DNA of 63,813 nucleotides, filler included, from Rhabdomonas costata (lineage: Eukaryota), in the NCBI GenBank assembly GCA_019059605.1. It is 37 parts of 37 records of this genome, joined end to end, with 100 filler letters (N's around TTAATTAATTAA, not from the genome) between each part and the next. Parts side by side here need not be neighbours in the genome. Positions count along the whole stretch, not along the records: positions 1 to 1,629 come from JAHMHO010011704.1; positions 1,730 to 3,357 come from JAHMHO010011705.1; positions 3,458 to 5,086 come from JAHMHO010011706.1; positions 5,187 to 6,813 come from JAHMHO010011707.1; positions 6,914 to 8,541 come from JAHMHO010011708.1; positions 8,642 to 10,269 come from JAHMHO010011709.1; positions 10,370 to 11,997 come from JAHMHO010011710.1; positions 12,098 to 13,725 come from JAHMHO010011711.1; 29 more parts are not named here. One strand, written 5' to 3'. The notes beneath the pieces are model-generated. The model ran no database searches. It had not been told where the DNA came from and saw nothing but the letters and a program-made list of their open reading frames with translations. The position numbers and the translations under genes were made by a program. Shown here in pieces: positions 1 through 12,389 of the stretch. Each line of letters begins with the position of its first letter. Within the stretch, counting starts at the first letter, position 1.

Positions 1-1
1 T

Positions 2-448
2 GTGGTTTGGCAGAGCTACAGGAAGCGAGACGAGCGTAGGGATCGTGACCGCTCCACCTCCCACTCTGCTGCCTCCTTCCAGAAGTCTCGGAAATCCTCA
101 GCTTCTTCCAGCTTCACCAGACGACACTCAGACCAGAGAGAGCGTCCCCATCTTCGAGAAATAGAGCTGAGCAGTGAAGGTAAAGATTGCAGTGACAATG
201 AACTCCGAGACCGCAGAGACAGCGACAGACCGCGAAGTGGAGAGCGCAGCGACAAAGGCGAACGCCGCTCGTCGCCCCAATCCTCGCGTGACTCCCGCTG
301 GAGAGCCTGTTTTTACTGCTGTGCGGAAGACCATTGGGCTTCCACGTGTCCAAAGAAGCGAGAGGATAAGAGATGGTACGGGAAGAGCAAAGGGGATAAG
401 ACCCCACCCCGTTCGGCGTCCCCCTCTTCGGGCAGTCGGAAAAAGTGA
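2..448 (+). mobile_element. C-terminus of a gag-like ORF with a CCHC zinc knuckle (retroelement, partial)
   Basis: CFYCCAEDHWASTC fits C-x2-C-x4-H-x4-C after an R/S/D-rich region; no introns. A host RS-rich knuckle protein is not excluded. Confidence 0.55.
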
Positions 449-1629
449 GCGGTCGTTGAGTTGGGATTCATCGACCGAACACTGTGTGCCACGCACCCGT
501 TGGTGTATATGGCTATTGTACTGGTAATGTTTTTGAAGTGGTTGTGGTTTATTTCTAGCGATTGGACTTCGGTGCTTATGATGTGGGTGGTGTGGGTTAA
601 GTTGGTTTGTAGTATTTGGATGTTGGCGTTGGGTTACTCACGCGCGCGTATTATCATTTATGTAGTGTGTTGTGTAGAGTGTATTGCGTAGTGGAGTGTA
701 GAGTGTATGGGTGGGGTTGTGTGTAGTTATGTCTAGTCTTGAGTGGAGTTTGGTCTTTGGGTGGGTTGGAAGTTGGAGCGTGGGTTGTATGGGAGGGGTG
801 GATGCTGTGGTGTGGTGGGTATGGTGTTGTGGTGAGCGTGGTGTTGAGGCTGGTGTGTGCTGTGTTGGAGGGTTGTTGTGGCGTTGGTGGTAGCTTTGAT
901 TGTTGCCTAGATTGAAGTAAGGTGGGTTGAGTGGTTTGATGTTGTTGGTCAGGTTGTTGGATATTGTGGGGGTTGGCGTTGCTTGTGGTGGTGTGTGGGT
1001 GTGGTAGTTGTGGTCACGGTTTTTGTTATTGCGTTGGATGGTGAGTGGTTAATTGGCGTGTGTGTGTTGGTGGGTCTTGGTGGGATTTCATATTGTCTGT
1101 GTCATGGTATGCGTTCTGTTGGTTGTGAGTGGTACGGTGTGGTTGCGGAAGGTGGATGTGGTGGTGGCTTTTTGGGGCTTCGGTTGAGGTGTGTCATGGA
1201 GTTGGTTGGTGTGTGTGTTGGCGTTCGTGGGTGAATATGTGGTGATTAAGTGGTGGCTGCTTGTGTGGATTTTGTACTTCTGTATTTGCGCTATGGGTTC
1301 TGCATTTGTGAAGACCTCCCAGGTAACCATGGTAGGTTTACCCGCTGGCATCGCCAATGGAAATTTGAGGAGTGGTGGAAATTTACGGTCGCAGGCTTTT
1401 TGAAAGACAGGAAATGCCGGGTTATAAAGATCGGGAAAGATCGAGAATTTTTCTGAAGACGAAGGGCATGACTATAACACAAACAAAGGCAACAAAGACG
1501 ATGCTCATGGGGCCAATAACCGCTATACGCACGAGGGGGACGGACGCCAAGGCACACATACGTTTTCAAGATTTTCACGATGACACGACACCTTAGCAGG
1601 GTGAATCCCAGTAATAGGACCCACATCCC

Positions 1630-1729
1630 NNNNNNNNNNNNNNNNNNNNNNNNNNNNNNNNNNNNNNNNNNNNTTAATTAATTAANNNNNNNNNNNNNNN
1701 NNNNNNNNNNNNNNNNNNNNNNNNNNNNN
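1630..1729. other. Artificial contig spacer (first of 36): N44-TTAATTAATTAA-N44
   Basis: Identical 100-nt block recurs every ~1727 nt and has stop codons in all six frames. Confidence 0.99.
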
Positions 1730-3780
1730 GGTTTTGGTGACAAGTAAACTGTGTTCATTGTTCTTTTGCGAGGCGATTTGGTGGCACTGCCGCCGGACGC
1801 ACGCACGAGGTTTATACTTCTGTGTTTGTCTTTTTTTCTCTGGCTTCAATCTGTTGAACATTGACTATTCTTCCTTCAATATAGTGCACCTTGTTGATGC
1901 TGGGGCCGGAAGAACTTATCATGTATCCACGCTCGGCAGCTCCAGCTCTTTGGGTGCACTGTGTTCTTGTACCAAGTGCTGGTGTGATTTCACCGTATCG
2001 GTTTGGTGTCCTCACGCTCTGTAGGGTTGCTTGTAACTTTGAGTTTCCTTGTCATCCTGTTGTAGCCATTTTACACGTCTCCCGTGTCGTGAAAGTATTC
2101 TTACATTCCTCTGTACCTTGTTTCTGTACTCCCCCCCCCCCCGTTTTTTGCCCTGTATGCAGGTCTTATGAAAGCCTGTCCTACACTTTTCCCATGCATT
2201 TGAATGTTGACTGATAAGGGGGACCGTTGCAGTTTAGAAAAAAAAATACCACCCAGCAGTTCACTTGTGGAGCAGCATCTTCAGCCGGTTGCTTTGAGAC
2301 TTCCCTCTAGCACTTTAACCTAATACATTTGCGCCCTCCTGGAAGCAATTTTTTTTTGCAGCACGTGCTCAATCGTCCTCCGACCTTTTGGTGCAATCGC
2401 TGGCTTATTACCCAACTGCGTTGGGTAGTGCCCTCCCCTCCTTCACAATCCGACGACCCCATGCCCCCTCTTCCACCTCCTCTGTCCGATGAAGCTTCAC
2501 GTTCTCCCGTTTTTCCCTTCTCCTCCGATTTTTCTTTTGCGCAAAAACAAAAGCAGATACATGCAAACATACGCACTGTCCCAATCACCCAAACCAAGAA
2601 CCCCACTGAAATGTGACAGAGCTATTTTCGTGAAGAGCAGATCCTTTTAGGTAGTTTGACTCCATGAGGGTGGGTGTGATTGGGGCTCACCGTCACTCGC
2701 TTTCTCTGGTTCCGTGAAAGCAAAAGGAGAGTCCCATGTTACTCTTTAGCCATGGAGACTTCCAACATTACTTGGTGTATGCGTGTGACTCCTGCTGGTT
2801 TCGGTGTTGGGGACCGTCACGAATGGGCGAAGAGTTTTTTTCTTGGCCCCAGCTCACTTGTCACTTGTCCTTCAGATTTGACTTCCCGCGTTCTGTCTTT
2901 TGTTGTGTGGTCTCACCTCAATTCTTTCAAGTTCACCGGTGCTTTTTGTTCCGTTTTTGGAGGATCAAGGAGAAGGTCGTTGGACCTGAACATGTCCTAA
3001 TTTCCTTAGTTGCGAGAGAATTTGGAGATACGAAGAGGACTTGTAAGGCCGAAGCGTGGATTGTTTATGAGACATGCCGACTTGTGAAGGGCAGCTACTG
3101 ATCTAGCTGGCGAAGCATATTTTATTCTTTGACTTATATGGAATTTTTTAATCATTCTGTCACGACGAAAATTGCGAAGATTGGGTGCAGGTGTTTTTCT
3201 CCCGCACCGGTGACGACTTTTTTGCCCATACCTCTCAGACCTCGGCTGGAATTCACCGGATTCAATGACCAGCCGCGGTGTGATTGATTTTTTTTTGCCA
3301 GTTCATCTCTCGTTTCATCTCTCGTGTTGTCTGCTCCGTTCCTTAAAACACAACCCCNNNNNNNNNNNNNNNNNNNNNNNNNNNNNNNNNNNNNNNNNNN
3401 NTTAATTAATTAANNNNNNNNNNNNNNNNNNNNNNNNNNNNNNNNNNNNNNNNNNNNTGTGTGTGGGTGCCCTTGCGTTTAATGCGTCACTTCCTCGCCA
3501 CCCAATTGTTTTCCATGAATCAAATAAGGGAATCATTTTCGGTTCAGTATCATTTTGTTCTTTCCTGACGACAATGTCTCTCGCACCTTGCGCCAGAGAA
3601 TAAATTAAACATTTCCCTTCCCTTTCCTCAACGACAGATCCCCACTGCTGGGGCTGGTGACCCACAACGAGACTCACTGACAAAGGCAACGGGACACGCA
3701 GGGAGAAAGTTTCGTTTGGGAGCCCTGCTTCAAAATAAAACAATAGAAAGGCGCTTTGCTTGCGGTCAGCGCGGTCACAC

Positions 3781-5086
3781 CTGATGTGGTTTCACAGCTA
3801 GTGTAGAAGTTGACGGTGACGTAGAAACTGTTGGCTGCCTCCCCAGCAACGCTAGAGATGGACTCTGACTCGGCAGCAGTCAGGGTCCACAGGCAAGGCA
3901 TCATGCAGGAAGAGTTCAGTGAGCTGCAAGTCATAGTCGAAGTTTCCGGGTACGGGGTGGACGGACAGCTGCCGAACTGAAGAGCCAGCGCATGAGAGTG
4001 TGTCACACGCTGAGGGGTTCGGAGGGGCAAGATACGTTTGGCAAGGGTCAGTCGGGGAAGAATTGTTCTTGGACTCTTAGCGAACGCCACGCAACAAACT
4101 TCGGAACGGACTTGTATGTGGCGGAGACCCCCCCCCTGCTGGCCTTCCAGGTGAAGGCGTATCAGGTGATTCGCTCAGGCAGCGCCGCGGCTGGCTTAGC
4201 CGCGACAATAATCTTTCCCAGGGGTTCTGTGATCGGGAAGCGTTCTACGCCAAGTTCTGGGTACATTTTCTCATGCACTTGAGTCGAGTTGCTCTCATTC
4301 GAGCGATGTCGACCTACGAAAGGGTTCTGCGAGATGTTAGAAGGGAAAGGTGATGGAAAACATTTCATGCGCTTGGTATTTCATCCATACATCCTGATCC
4401 ACAACCGCGCTGCTGCGCTGCTATCGGCGCTGCTTTGCTTCCTCGTCCTCCAAGCCGTGCCGTCTCGCTCGTTCTCTGTGTCGGCCTTGCCTTCTCCACC
4501 TTTCCTTTGCTCTCAGTAGGTGGGTTTGCCATTAGGGTCAAAGCAGGCCATGAAAACAACAGCGCTTGGTTGATAGAATCCATAGCCGAAGGGTTGTGAA
4601 GGAAGAAGCGGAGCGGTTGAAGAGGTGCAAGGGGAAAAGAAGGAAGGATACAGAATGAGGCTGTTTCGTTGAGCGAATGTGGTCCCACTCCACCAATAGA
4701 CTCGTTTTAAAAGTATTCCGAGAAGCTCTCTTACCACTGAAGAACCCCCCCCCCCATAACACCACACAGGGGTGATGCTGCGAAAGAAACCACCTGAAAA
4801 GATCTTCAAACCTTCGAGGAATCTTCCGATTCAGAGATTTCAGTAAACACGACGAAAAAGAGGACGCGCCTGAAAAAGAACTACTACCACCACCACCGGA
4901 CAGATCTGCGCACACATACCTTGTAATTTGTTGGGGTGTAGGTGTCGGACAAGTCGGTGCAGCCGGTGGCGTAGTAGGTGAAGGTCAGGTCCAGAAAAAG
5001 ATCCGATCCCTGGTAAGCCAACAGCACAACGTACACCTGCACGTCGTCGCTGGCTGTGGTCAGAAGGCCACCGCGCGTCGGCGACG
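3781..5086 (-). CDS. Unknown Ser/Thr/Cys-rich, probably extracellular protein; exons ~5086-4920, ~4143(or 4161)-4096, 3976-3781
   Basis: Open, codon-biased segments (DVQVYVVLLAYQGSDLFLDLTFTYY; FGSCPSTPYPETSTMTCSS) bounded by AAG|gtatg, cag|TTC and G|gtgtga. Confidence 0.55.
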
Positions 5087-6939
5087 NNNNNNNNNNNNNN
5101 NNNNNNNNNNNNNNNNNNNNNNNNNNNNNNTTAATTAATTAANNNNNNNNNNNNNNNNNNNNNNNNNNNNNNNNNNNNNNNNNNNNGTGTGGGGTGGAAG
5201 CGGAGCACAGCGTGGAGGGCTGTGTGAGGACTACGGGGGCGGCCACGGGAGGGAGGATGGGAGGGTCAATGGTAGGGAAGTGGGCGATTGAGGCTTGTAG
5301 AATGGCCTGGGTTATGTCTTCCGTGGTGACGATGGCGACACGGCCCTGCGCAGCGTGAGTGTGGGGTGACCCACGACCCACTCCACTCCTCCGAACGGAA
5401 TGCAAGCGAAGGAGGCAAGTAGATGATGGGAAGGAGCAGCACGGGTATGGAAAAAAAACACCAGAGCAAAACGCGACCTTCTTTGCCACTGTTCTTTCTT
5501 CTTTTGGTTGTGTTGCAAAGTCACATAGACGAGGAGGCACGAACCCTTCACCTGGGTAATTCATAGCATCGGGTTTAATAGGTTTAAAAGGTGTAACCCC
5601 TGCGCATAAATTTCATTCCTCAGCTGAACATTGTTCCTCTCAAGTCTTTCTTTGGACTGGCTGATTTGGATGAGCGTTAAGTACTGATTGAAAAAGACTT
5701 CTCGCGAACTGAATTATCAGTTCAGTTGAATGGAGGCGATAACCCAGTATATGGATTTTGGCACGCTGACAATAAAATCAAATAGACAAATTTCCAGCTG
5801 GTGCCAGCAGTAAAATTAAAAACGCCTGCTCCCTAAGTCCATTTATGGTGGCCACCAACTGTTTTTCACATCAGCCTCTCAATAATTTCGATGCAGGGAA
5901 AAGATGTCAACATCCACTCCCCCCAAAATTTTTTTAGCTCCACCATATGCCACTTGAAAAAAAAAGCGCAAATGATGGGTGCGTATATCTGTATATCGTG
6001 CTTGCGCTTGTGGAGTTGTCTACAACCGATGAAAGGTGTCTATACTTCGTCATGGCGGTGTACCCAACAGGAACAACCACAAGCATTCCTTGGCAGCGTG
6101 AGACAGCTGCTTCACCTGAGCCGAAAAGGGCCGGGGCAAAAAAATCAAAGATGTCCCACTGGTCCGGCAAGGGCCAGTTCAAGTGAGAAAAATTCCAAAG
6201 TGAGAAAGAATCAGAGAGGCTAGCTTTCGATTTGCTGGCGCATGGCCAGGTTGCCTGTGGTCGCAGGGGGCTGCTGCTTGTGACAACTGCGGTGTTATTT
6301 GCAGTGTCGAATCCGCTAAACTTGGGAACTTGGGAAAAATGGGGCAGCGTCCCAGACACACTCCAAACCAAACGTTCAACCCGAGAAAGGCACCTGAAAA
6401 CTAGCAACTAACTAACTAACCAACCAACGACCTAATCACTCAGGTGAATACTGACCAGAATTGGAAGCACGGCGAGATTACGGGGGCAAACCGAGCAGCT
6501 CGCAGACAAACTGGCACGCCCCTTGAGCGGCTCGGATCGCCGGGGAGAAGATGGCCAAGAGCTCGGACTCGAAGAAGGCAAACTTCAGCCCCCGAAACAG
6601 AGTGCGCCGCGAAGAATTAACCTGAGAACAGCGTTAGCCACCTTTTCGCGAAAAAATTTTCTGGTTTTTCTTGGGAACCTCACGTTTATTTTTTGCTGTT
6701 TGAATTTGCCGATTTTTCCAATGTCAAATCAAGGCAACAAAAAACGAGGGGACACTTTTTGTCTTGGAGATAAACCGGGGAAAAAAGGAAAAAGAGCCTT
6801 CAGTGCCTGGGTGNNNNNNNNNNNNNNNNNNNNNNNNNNNNNNNNNNNNNNNNNNNNTTAATTAATTAANNNNNNNNNNNNNNNNNNNNNNNNNNNNNNN
6901 NNNNNNNNNNNNNGTTGTTTGTGACGCAAGGTCGGTGAG

Positions 6940-8530
6940 GACCCCGACCTGGGAGTATCGACAACTTGACCAAGTGGCATATTCTAGTTCTCTATTTCGT
7001 GGGTTTCATCTCTTTACTTAGCACCCAGCTGACAGCCTTTATGTATTGTAGACCCTCACCGATGCTCCTTCTTTCCCTCGTATGCCTTTTTACTTTCCCC
7101 AGCCGCATCTTTCAGCCACTTTTCTTCCTTTTTGTTCTCATCTCTTCTTCTTCACTCCAGTTTGGGTGTGGTGAATCTGATCTGCTACGCTGTAAAGATC
7201 AGCTGCTTCTCCTACTGCGGGGAGAAGCTCACCACGACCCTGCGGGAGCAGTCGTTCCGCTCACTGATGCACCAGGACATCGGGTTCTTCGACCTTCCAG
7301 GGAACGAGTCGGGCAACCTTTGCGCTCGGCTGTTTGGGGACACGCAGAAGGTGCACACCCTGTTAGGTATCTCGCCACACCATGCAGCACCTGTCCTGCG
7401 AGCTGTGAATGTGAGCGGAGTGCTTTGGTTGGTTGCCCTCCCATCTGCGGTTATATTCGAGGTGCCCGAAGTGTTACAAATGGGGCGAAGCGTCTGTCCC
7501 CTTTGGAGTGACGTGAGTCCTTGTTGCATGAAGATGAAGGGATTTGGAGCTGCGAACAGTTGAGTTGCTTGTGATGCGGCTCTTTAGGCAGGTTGTCTTG
7601 TTCTGCGTGCAGTATTTGCAAGGTCCGGCTTACTGGATATTGAAAGCCCTTCGTGTGATGGCTTCGCTCGCGCAGTACTTGACTCGTTGCCCGAAGACGG
7701 ACACTTTGGACACTTTGGGGCCCGAAGCTGCCTGTGGCTTGAAAATGAAAATCCCGCATCCTTGAACGTCCTTGTCTATATTTTTCCCAACTGAAAATGT
7801 GTCCTATTGTCCTATTGCGTCCTAGTGAAGATAAGTGGGTTTTTAGGTGGTTGTGTGGAAATTTGGCGGTTTGCTCGCAGCCCAGCTGGCCACTCAATTC
7901 CAGGCGGCGGTGAGCCTCTTCGGGGGGCTGATCATTGCGCTCCTCACGCAGTGGAAGCTCGCCCTTGTCACCCTCTCCGCGGTGCCTGCAGTGGCCTTCG
8001 GAGGTGTCTTCTTGGGCTCGCAGTATTTCGGTTCAGTTCTCTGCCACACAACACATGCAAGCGTCTGTTGCCTCGAAAGGCGCTGCCTGTGTTTCCATCT
8101 TAAAGTTTCTGTATTTTAGCCACGTGTGTGACACGAAGGTTCCGTGGGGTGTACTTTCGTCAAAGTTGGGTGAAATGTCCGTGGCAGGTTAAAAATCTTC
8201 CTTAAACGCAATTGAGCCCAACCCATGAGGAAACATGAAGGATCGAATCGCGTATTTTATCACATGTTCATTGTGGTCGGGAGTCTTCGCCGAGATTCGA
8301 GCCGCCCCCTGGCTTGAGAACGAGAGAGGTGCATTTGCAGGGATTTGGAGCATGAAGCTCATGACTGGGCTGAGTACCAGCGATGGCACGGAGTACGCCA
8401 AGGCGTGTAACTTGGCCTCGGAGGCCGTGTCTTCAATTCGCACCGTGCTTGCGTTCAACATGGGCTCGGTCAAGTTGATGGAGTACGAGGCCATCCTCAA
8501 GCGCGACGAAAGAACCAAGCTGAAGAAAGG
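6940..8530 (+). CDS. ABCB/MDR (P-glycoprotein-like) transporter, transmembrane domain; exons ~6940-7003, 7161-7366, 7881-8003, 8341-~8530
   Basis: GEKLTTTLREQSFRSLMHQDIGFFD, WKLALVTLSAVP and ASEAVSSIRTVLAF are hallmark ABCB TMD motifs. Some junctions are anomalous (see findings). Confidence 0.92.
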
Positions 8531-9348
8531 GACCCCACAACNNNNNNNNNNNNNNNNNNNNNNNNNNNNNNNNNNNNNNNNNNNNTTAATTAATTAANNN
8601 NNNNNNNNNNNNNNNNNNNNNNNNNNNNNNNNNNNNNNNNNTTTGTGGTGGTGATAGTAGTAGTGGTGGTGGTAATGATGATGCGGTGGGACGGGAGGAA
8701 AGCGAGGCTGAGGAGGTTTCACAAAAATTTCCCGGCTTCGCGGTTTCAGATGATCACCAGGTGAAAAGCAGTCAGCAATCGTGGCAGCCTTTGCGCAAAG
8801 TGAGATGCCATGCGCAGCTCGAGCGTTAGAGGGGTCTGCACTGCGTACCGCCACACAACCCAACATTTCCGTTGGGATACCCTACCACGTTAGACGACCA
8901 CCTAACATACAGCACATATGCAAAGCCTATTTCCTCCAACTGTGCATGCCATAAAAAACCCAAAGGGCAACTTAAGCACAATAAGGAGCCTTGGTGTGCT
9001 ACTTTCACTTTCACGCCTTTTCGTCTCTCGCATTGACACTTAAGTGTGAGGTATCAGTCACCTGCTGTTATCGACATGATCAGAGGCAAATCATTGAAAT
9101 AATGTCAAGCGGTCAGAAAGAGAGCACAACCTCCACTCCGCCTGAAAGCTTTTTATTTAAAATCAAAAAAGCTTGCCCGTTGGCGTGCATTACTCCCAGG
9201 TTCGCTATATGCCACGATAGAGACAAAGTCGAAAAGTTGCAGGCCCCGTCCCGGAACAGGCTCCGAAAAGCTAGAAAACCGAAATACCGATGTGCAATGT
9301 GTCACGCCACAGATACACCCAAGCGGTGAGGCCTCTACATGGGCACAC

Positions 9349-9513
9349 CAGCACTACCGCCACCCCAGCGGGGTGCAGGGCGTCCTGAACAGCCATGGCG
9401 ATCTGCCGGGTCAACCGCTCCTGCACCTGCAACCTCCGCGCAAACATCTCCGCAATTCGACTCAGCTTGGACAGCCCCAGGACCTTACCCTTGGGCACGT
9501 ACGCGATGTGGGC
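9349..9513 (-). CDS. GCH1: GTP cyclohydrolase I, internal exon
   Basis: [39 protein letters not shown]...GVAVV; cag acceptor at 9514-9516 and gt donor at 9347-9348. Confidence 0.96.
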
Positions 9514-10379
9514 CTGCGCGGCAGGCCAGCCACGATTCCGGAATTAAATATAACTCGGAATTTCACCCTTATCATCTCAGATTTTTTTTGGGGGATGCGC
9601 AGAAGCACCACGAATCTCGGCCGTACATTGGGGAATTCTTTGTTTGATTTACTTTTACTCCCCGCTGGAGGTAGAAGGCTCGTTTTCCGTCCAGCCTTCA
9701 AAGACCTTCCATTCAGCGACATCATGAGAATGAGAACACCCGATGAATCATCCCACTCATGCTGTTTGCTTTATCCGTGCCAAGTTTGATGAAAATCAGC
9801 GACCATCTTCTCCCAATACGACACAGACACACGGCGTTGGTGTACTCACTCCCCCTCCCACATAAGAAACGCACCGGTATATGCACGTACAGGTATATAT
9901 CGCTGAACGAGTTTAAGAGGAAAACGCACTGCCAGAGCACCGCAGCGGGAGTGAGCTCCAAAGGGATGCATGCAATGCAGAAGATCAACGGTATGAAACT
10001 CTTTGGGGATACACCAAACCTCTCTGAGTTGAAACTATGTGAAAGCCATCACCAATAGAAAAAGTCGTCGCACATACAAACACACACAAACACTAACAAT
10101 ACTGATACGACAGAACGGCCAGTATCCCTTCGCTTGAGAGACCACACCCCCTTGGCTTGGCTTCAGTCCCATTGTTGGAAGAGGCGGAAACGGGGATTCC
10201 ACGGTTTAGCAAAAACGGGAGCATATTGAAATCCAAGTGTTGTTTGTTTCCCTCCTCATCCCCACACACNNNNNNNNNNNNNNNNNNNNNNNNNNNNNNN
10301 NNNNNNNNNNNNNTTAATTAATTAANNNNNNNNNNNNNNNNNNNNNNNNNNNNNNNNNNNNNNNNNNNNGTTTTGGGTT

Positions 10380-10738
10380 GAAAGGTACGGCTCGGAAAGC
10401 CATGCCGCCTCGGGGTGGAGTTTTTGGGAGGACAGGGACAGGCTGGGAAGAAGGTCGTCCTCCAAGGAGAGGGTTCGAAACGGGCGGTCCCCGCCGCCTC
10501 CTGCGCCGCCGCCTCCGCGGTGTTCCGGGAACACGGACTGGGCTGCGGTGGAGAAGGAGAGCGGTTGCGGGGGAGATGGGGAGGAGTGCTTCGAGGGCGG
10601 GGCGGACGCGCTGTGGTCCTGGGAGCCCTCCTCGTCTTCCACAAAGGGGTGCGCCGCGGTGAGCCGGAAGAGCTGCTCGCAGTCCTCGGGAACCTCTGAG
10701 TCGAAGGACTCGTGTGGGAATCCTCCGAACCCACTCAT
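10380..10738 (-). CDS. Probable first exon of an unknown acidic/Ser-Pro-rich protein
   Basis: ATG after a long pyrimidine tract; GC-rich open frame MSGFGGFPHESFDSEVPEDCEQLFRL. Confidence 0.45.
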
Positions 10739-11668
10739 CGGCAAATGAAAAAGACAACAATTCAAGAAAGCACGAAAAGCAAATCACAAAAACACACTTG
10801 AAAAACAAAAAGAGCAGGAAAAAACTGCAGCGGAAAGGTGGGAAAGGTCGAAGGGCTGTATAAACGGAGCGATTGGGCGACAAAAAAAGTAGCGATCAAA
10901 GTTCTTCATCTATAAAGGGCATGGGGGGATGGGATCTTCAGAGCGTGGGGATATCTGCTGAAAGTCTCGCAGCATATGCAAATACGCCCCCCACCCAAAA
11001 TTCTGAGGTGCTGTCACGTTTAATTCACCCATCCATGAAATCGTCAATATTCGTTCCTTGCCAAGTTTTCCAACCGTCGTTACTGTTCAGGGAAGGAACT
11101 CCAAGACAGAAAAACCCATGAAAATGCCTCATTTTGCCCTTTGCCGCGCAGGTTTTTCGATCGCCGTTCATCCGCACATGCCTCTTGGGGTCAACAAAGC
11201 ACTTCCAAATGTTTGTTGTTACCTCAATTTTGTATACGCAGCTTATTGATTGATGATCGATGATTACATTCGGGAGGACTACTACTTTTCGCATCCACGA
11301 ACCCGTCCAAAAATAAAAAGGTGCTCGCGTTTTCCAAAACGCACCCACCCAGGAGTAGGGAGATGCATTGGTTAGGGGGGGGGGGGTGTTAAACGGTTTG
11401 ACGACCTTAAACGATAAGGTTGAAAACTATGCTGGTAGGCTCGGCCACCAGAAAACCCCCATGCGTCGAAAACTACCCCAGTCCCTCCAGGCAACGTTCC
11501 CGCCTCAGCCATCCGCTCCGGCGGCACCACCGCGGCTTTCGCCACTAAAACAACTCTGTGCCATTTGAGTGGCAATTCCTCGAAACTGTTCATCGCCGTC
11601 CCAGAAGTCAGCCTCTAACACACAAGAAAAACCGAGGAAAGGTACCCCAATACAAAACGTCCAATAGT

Positions 11669-11990
11669 CTACAGAGGAACACAAAACACATTTTCGATCC
11701 GTGAACAACGCGCTATGAGAGAAAGAAGCGGTTCCCAGCTGTGGGACGTAACACAAGGGCAGGAAAGGCAGGAACCTGGGAGCATCACACGCAAAAATGT
11801 AACGACGGCGCTACAGCGGAAGCGACCCTTTTGGATAACCAGTAGCGCAACCGCAACTGCCACAACGGCAATGGCTACCAGGACCCCGACGGTGCTCAGA
11901 CCACTGCCACCAGAAATGGGCTGAACCACGCCGTTCTCGTTCTCGGCTCCCGGAGCCTGCAGCTTCCTGCGCGTGGGCCCCACGGCAACC
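11669..11990 (-). CDS. C-terminal part of a single-pass membrane protein
   Basis: Hydrophobic VGVLVAIAVVAVAVALLVI followed by basic QKGRFR. Confidence 0.45.
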
Positions 11991-12389
11991 CAGACAANNN
12001 NNNNNNNNNNNNNNNNNNNNNNNNNNNNNNNNNNNNNNNNNTTAATTAATTAANNNNNNNNNNNNNNNNNNNNNNNNNNNNNNNNNNNNNNNNNNNNGGG
12101 TGGGTGGACGAGTTTGCAGTGACCGCGGCGGACTTTCTGAGGCATTTTGGGGTCCGTTTTGGTTTCGGTTTGGGGTTTGGCAGGTGGCTTTCTGACGGTA
12201 GGCCGTTTTTTCATTTTGCGGGGAGCTTGTATGGAGATGGAAGTGCTGTGTGATGCTGGTCACCTGATATTGGGGGCAATCCCCCTCACTCAGAAAGGCG
12301 ATGCTCAGATGTGATAATGAGGGGCAAGAAAACGTGTGCTGTTCCTCTGCCTCCTGTCAAAGGTGATTATGCTTTCTCGCCATCCTCAG

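Noticed and set aside
461..1234. Several hydrophobic Val/Trp/Cys-rich plus-strand ORFs
   Set aside because: Consequence of G/T skew, not membrane proteins.
4162..4164. In-frame TGA as selenocysteine or a recoded stop
   Set aside because: A canonical acceptor bypasses it, TGA is used as a stop elsewhere (Kelch gene), and Trp is TGG throughout.
6230..6350. Possible tyrosine-recombinase C-terminal motif (RRG-AA...LGTW)
   Set aside because: Needs frameshifts and lacks the catalytic H and Y; too weak to call. The same applies to DSMRVG near 2660.
8642..8690. (TGG/TAG/TGA)n tract and G/T- or C/A-rich contig tips as telomere-like repeats
   Set aside because: No TTAGGG-type periodicity; a microsatellite plus probable low-quality read tails.
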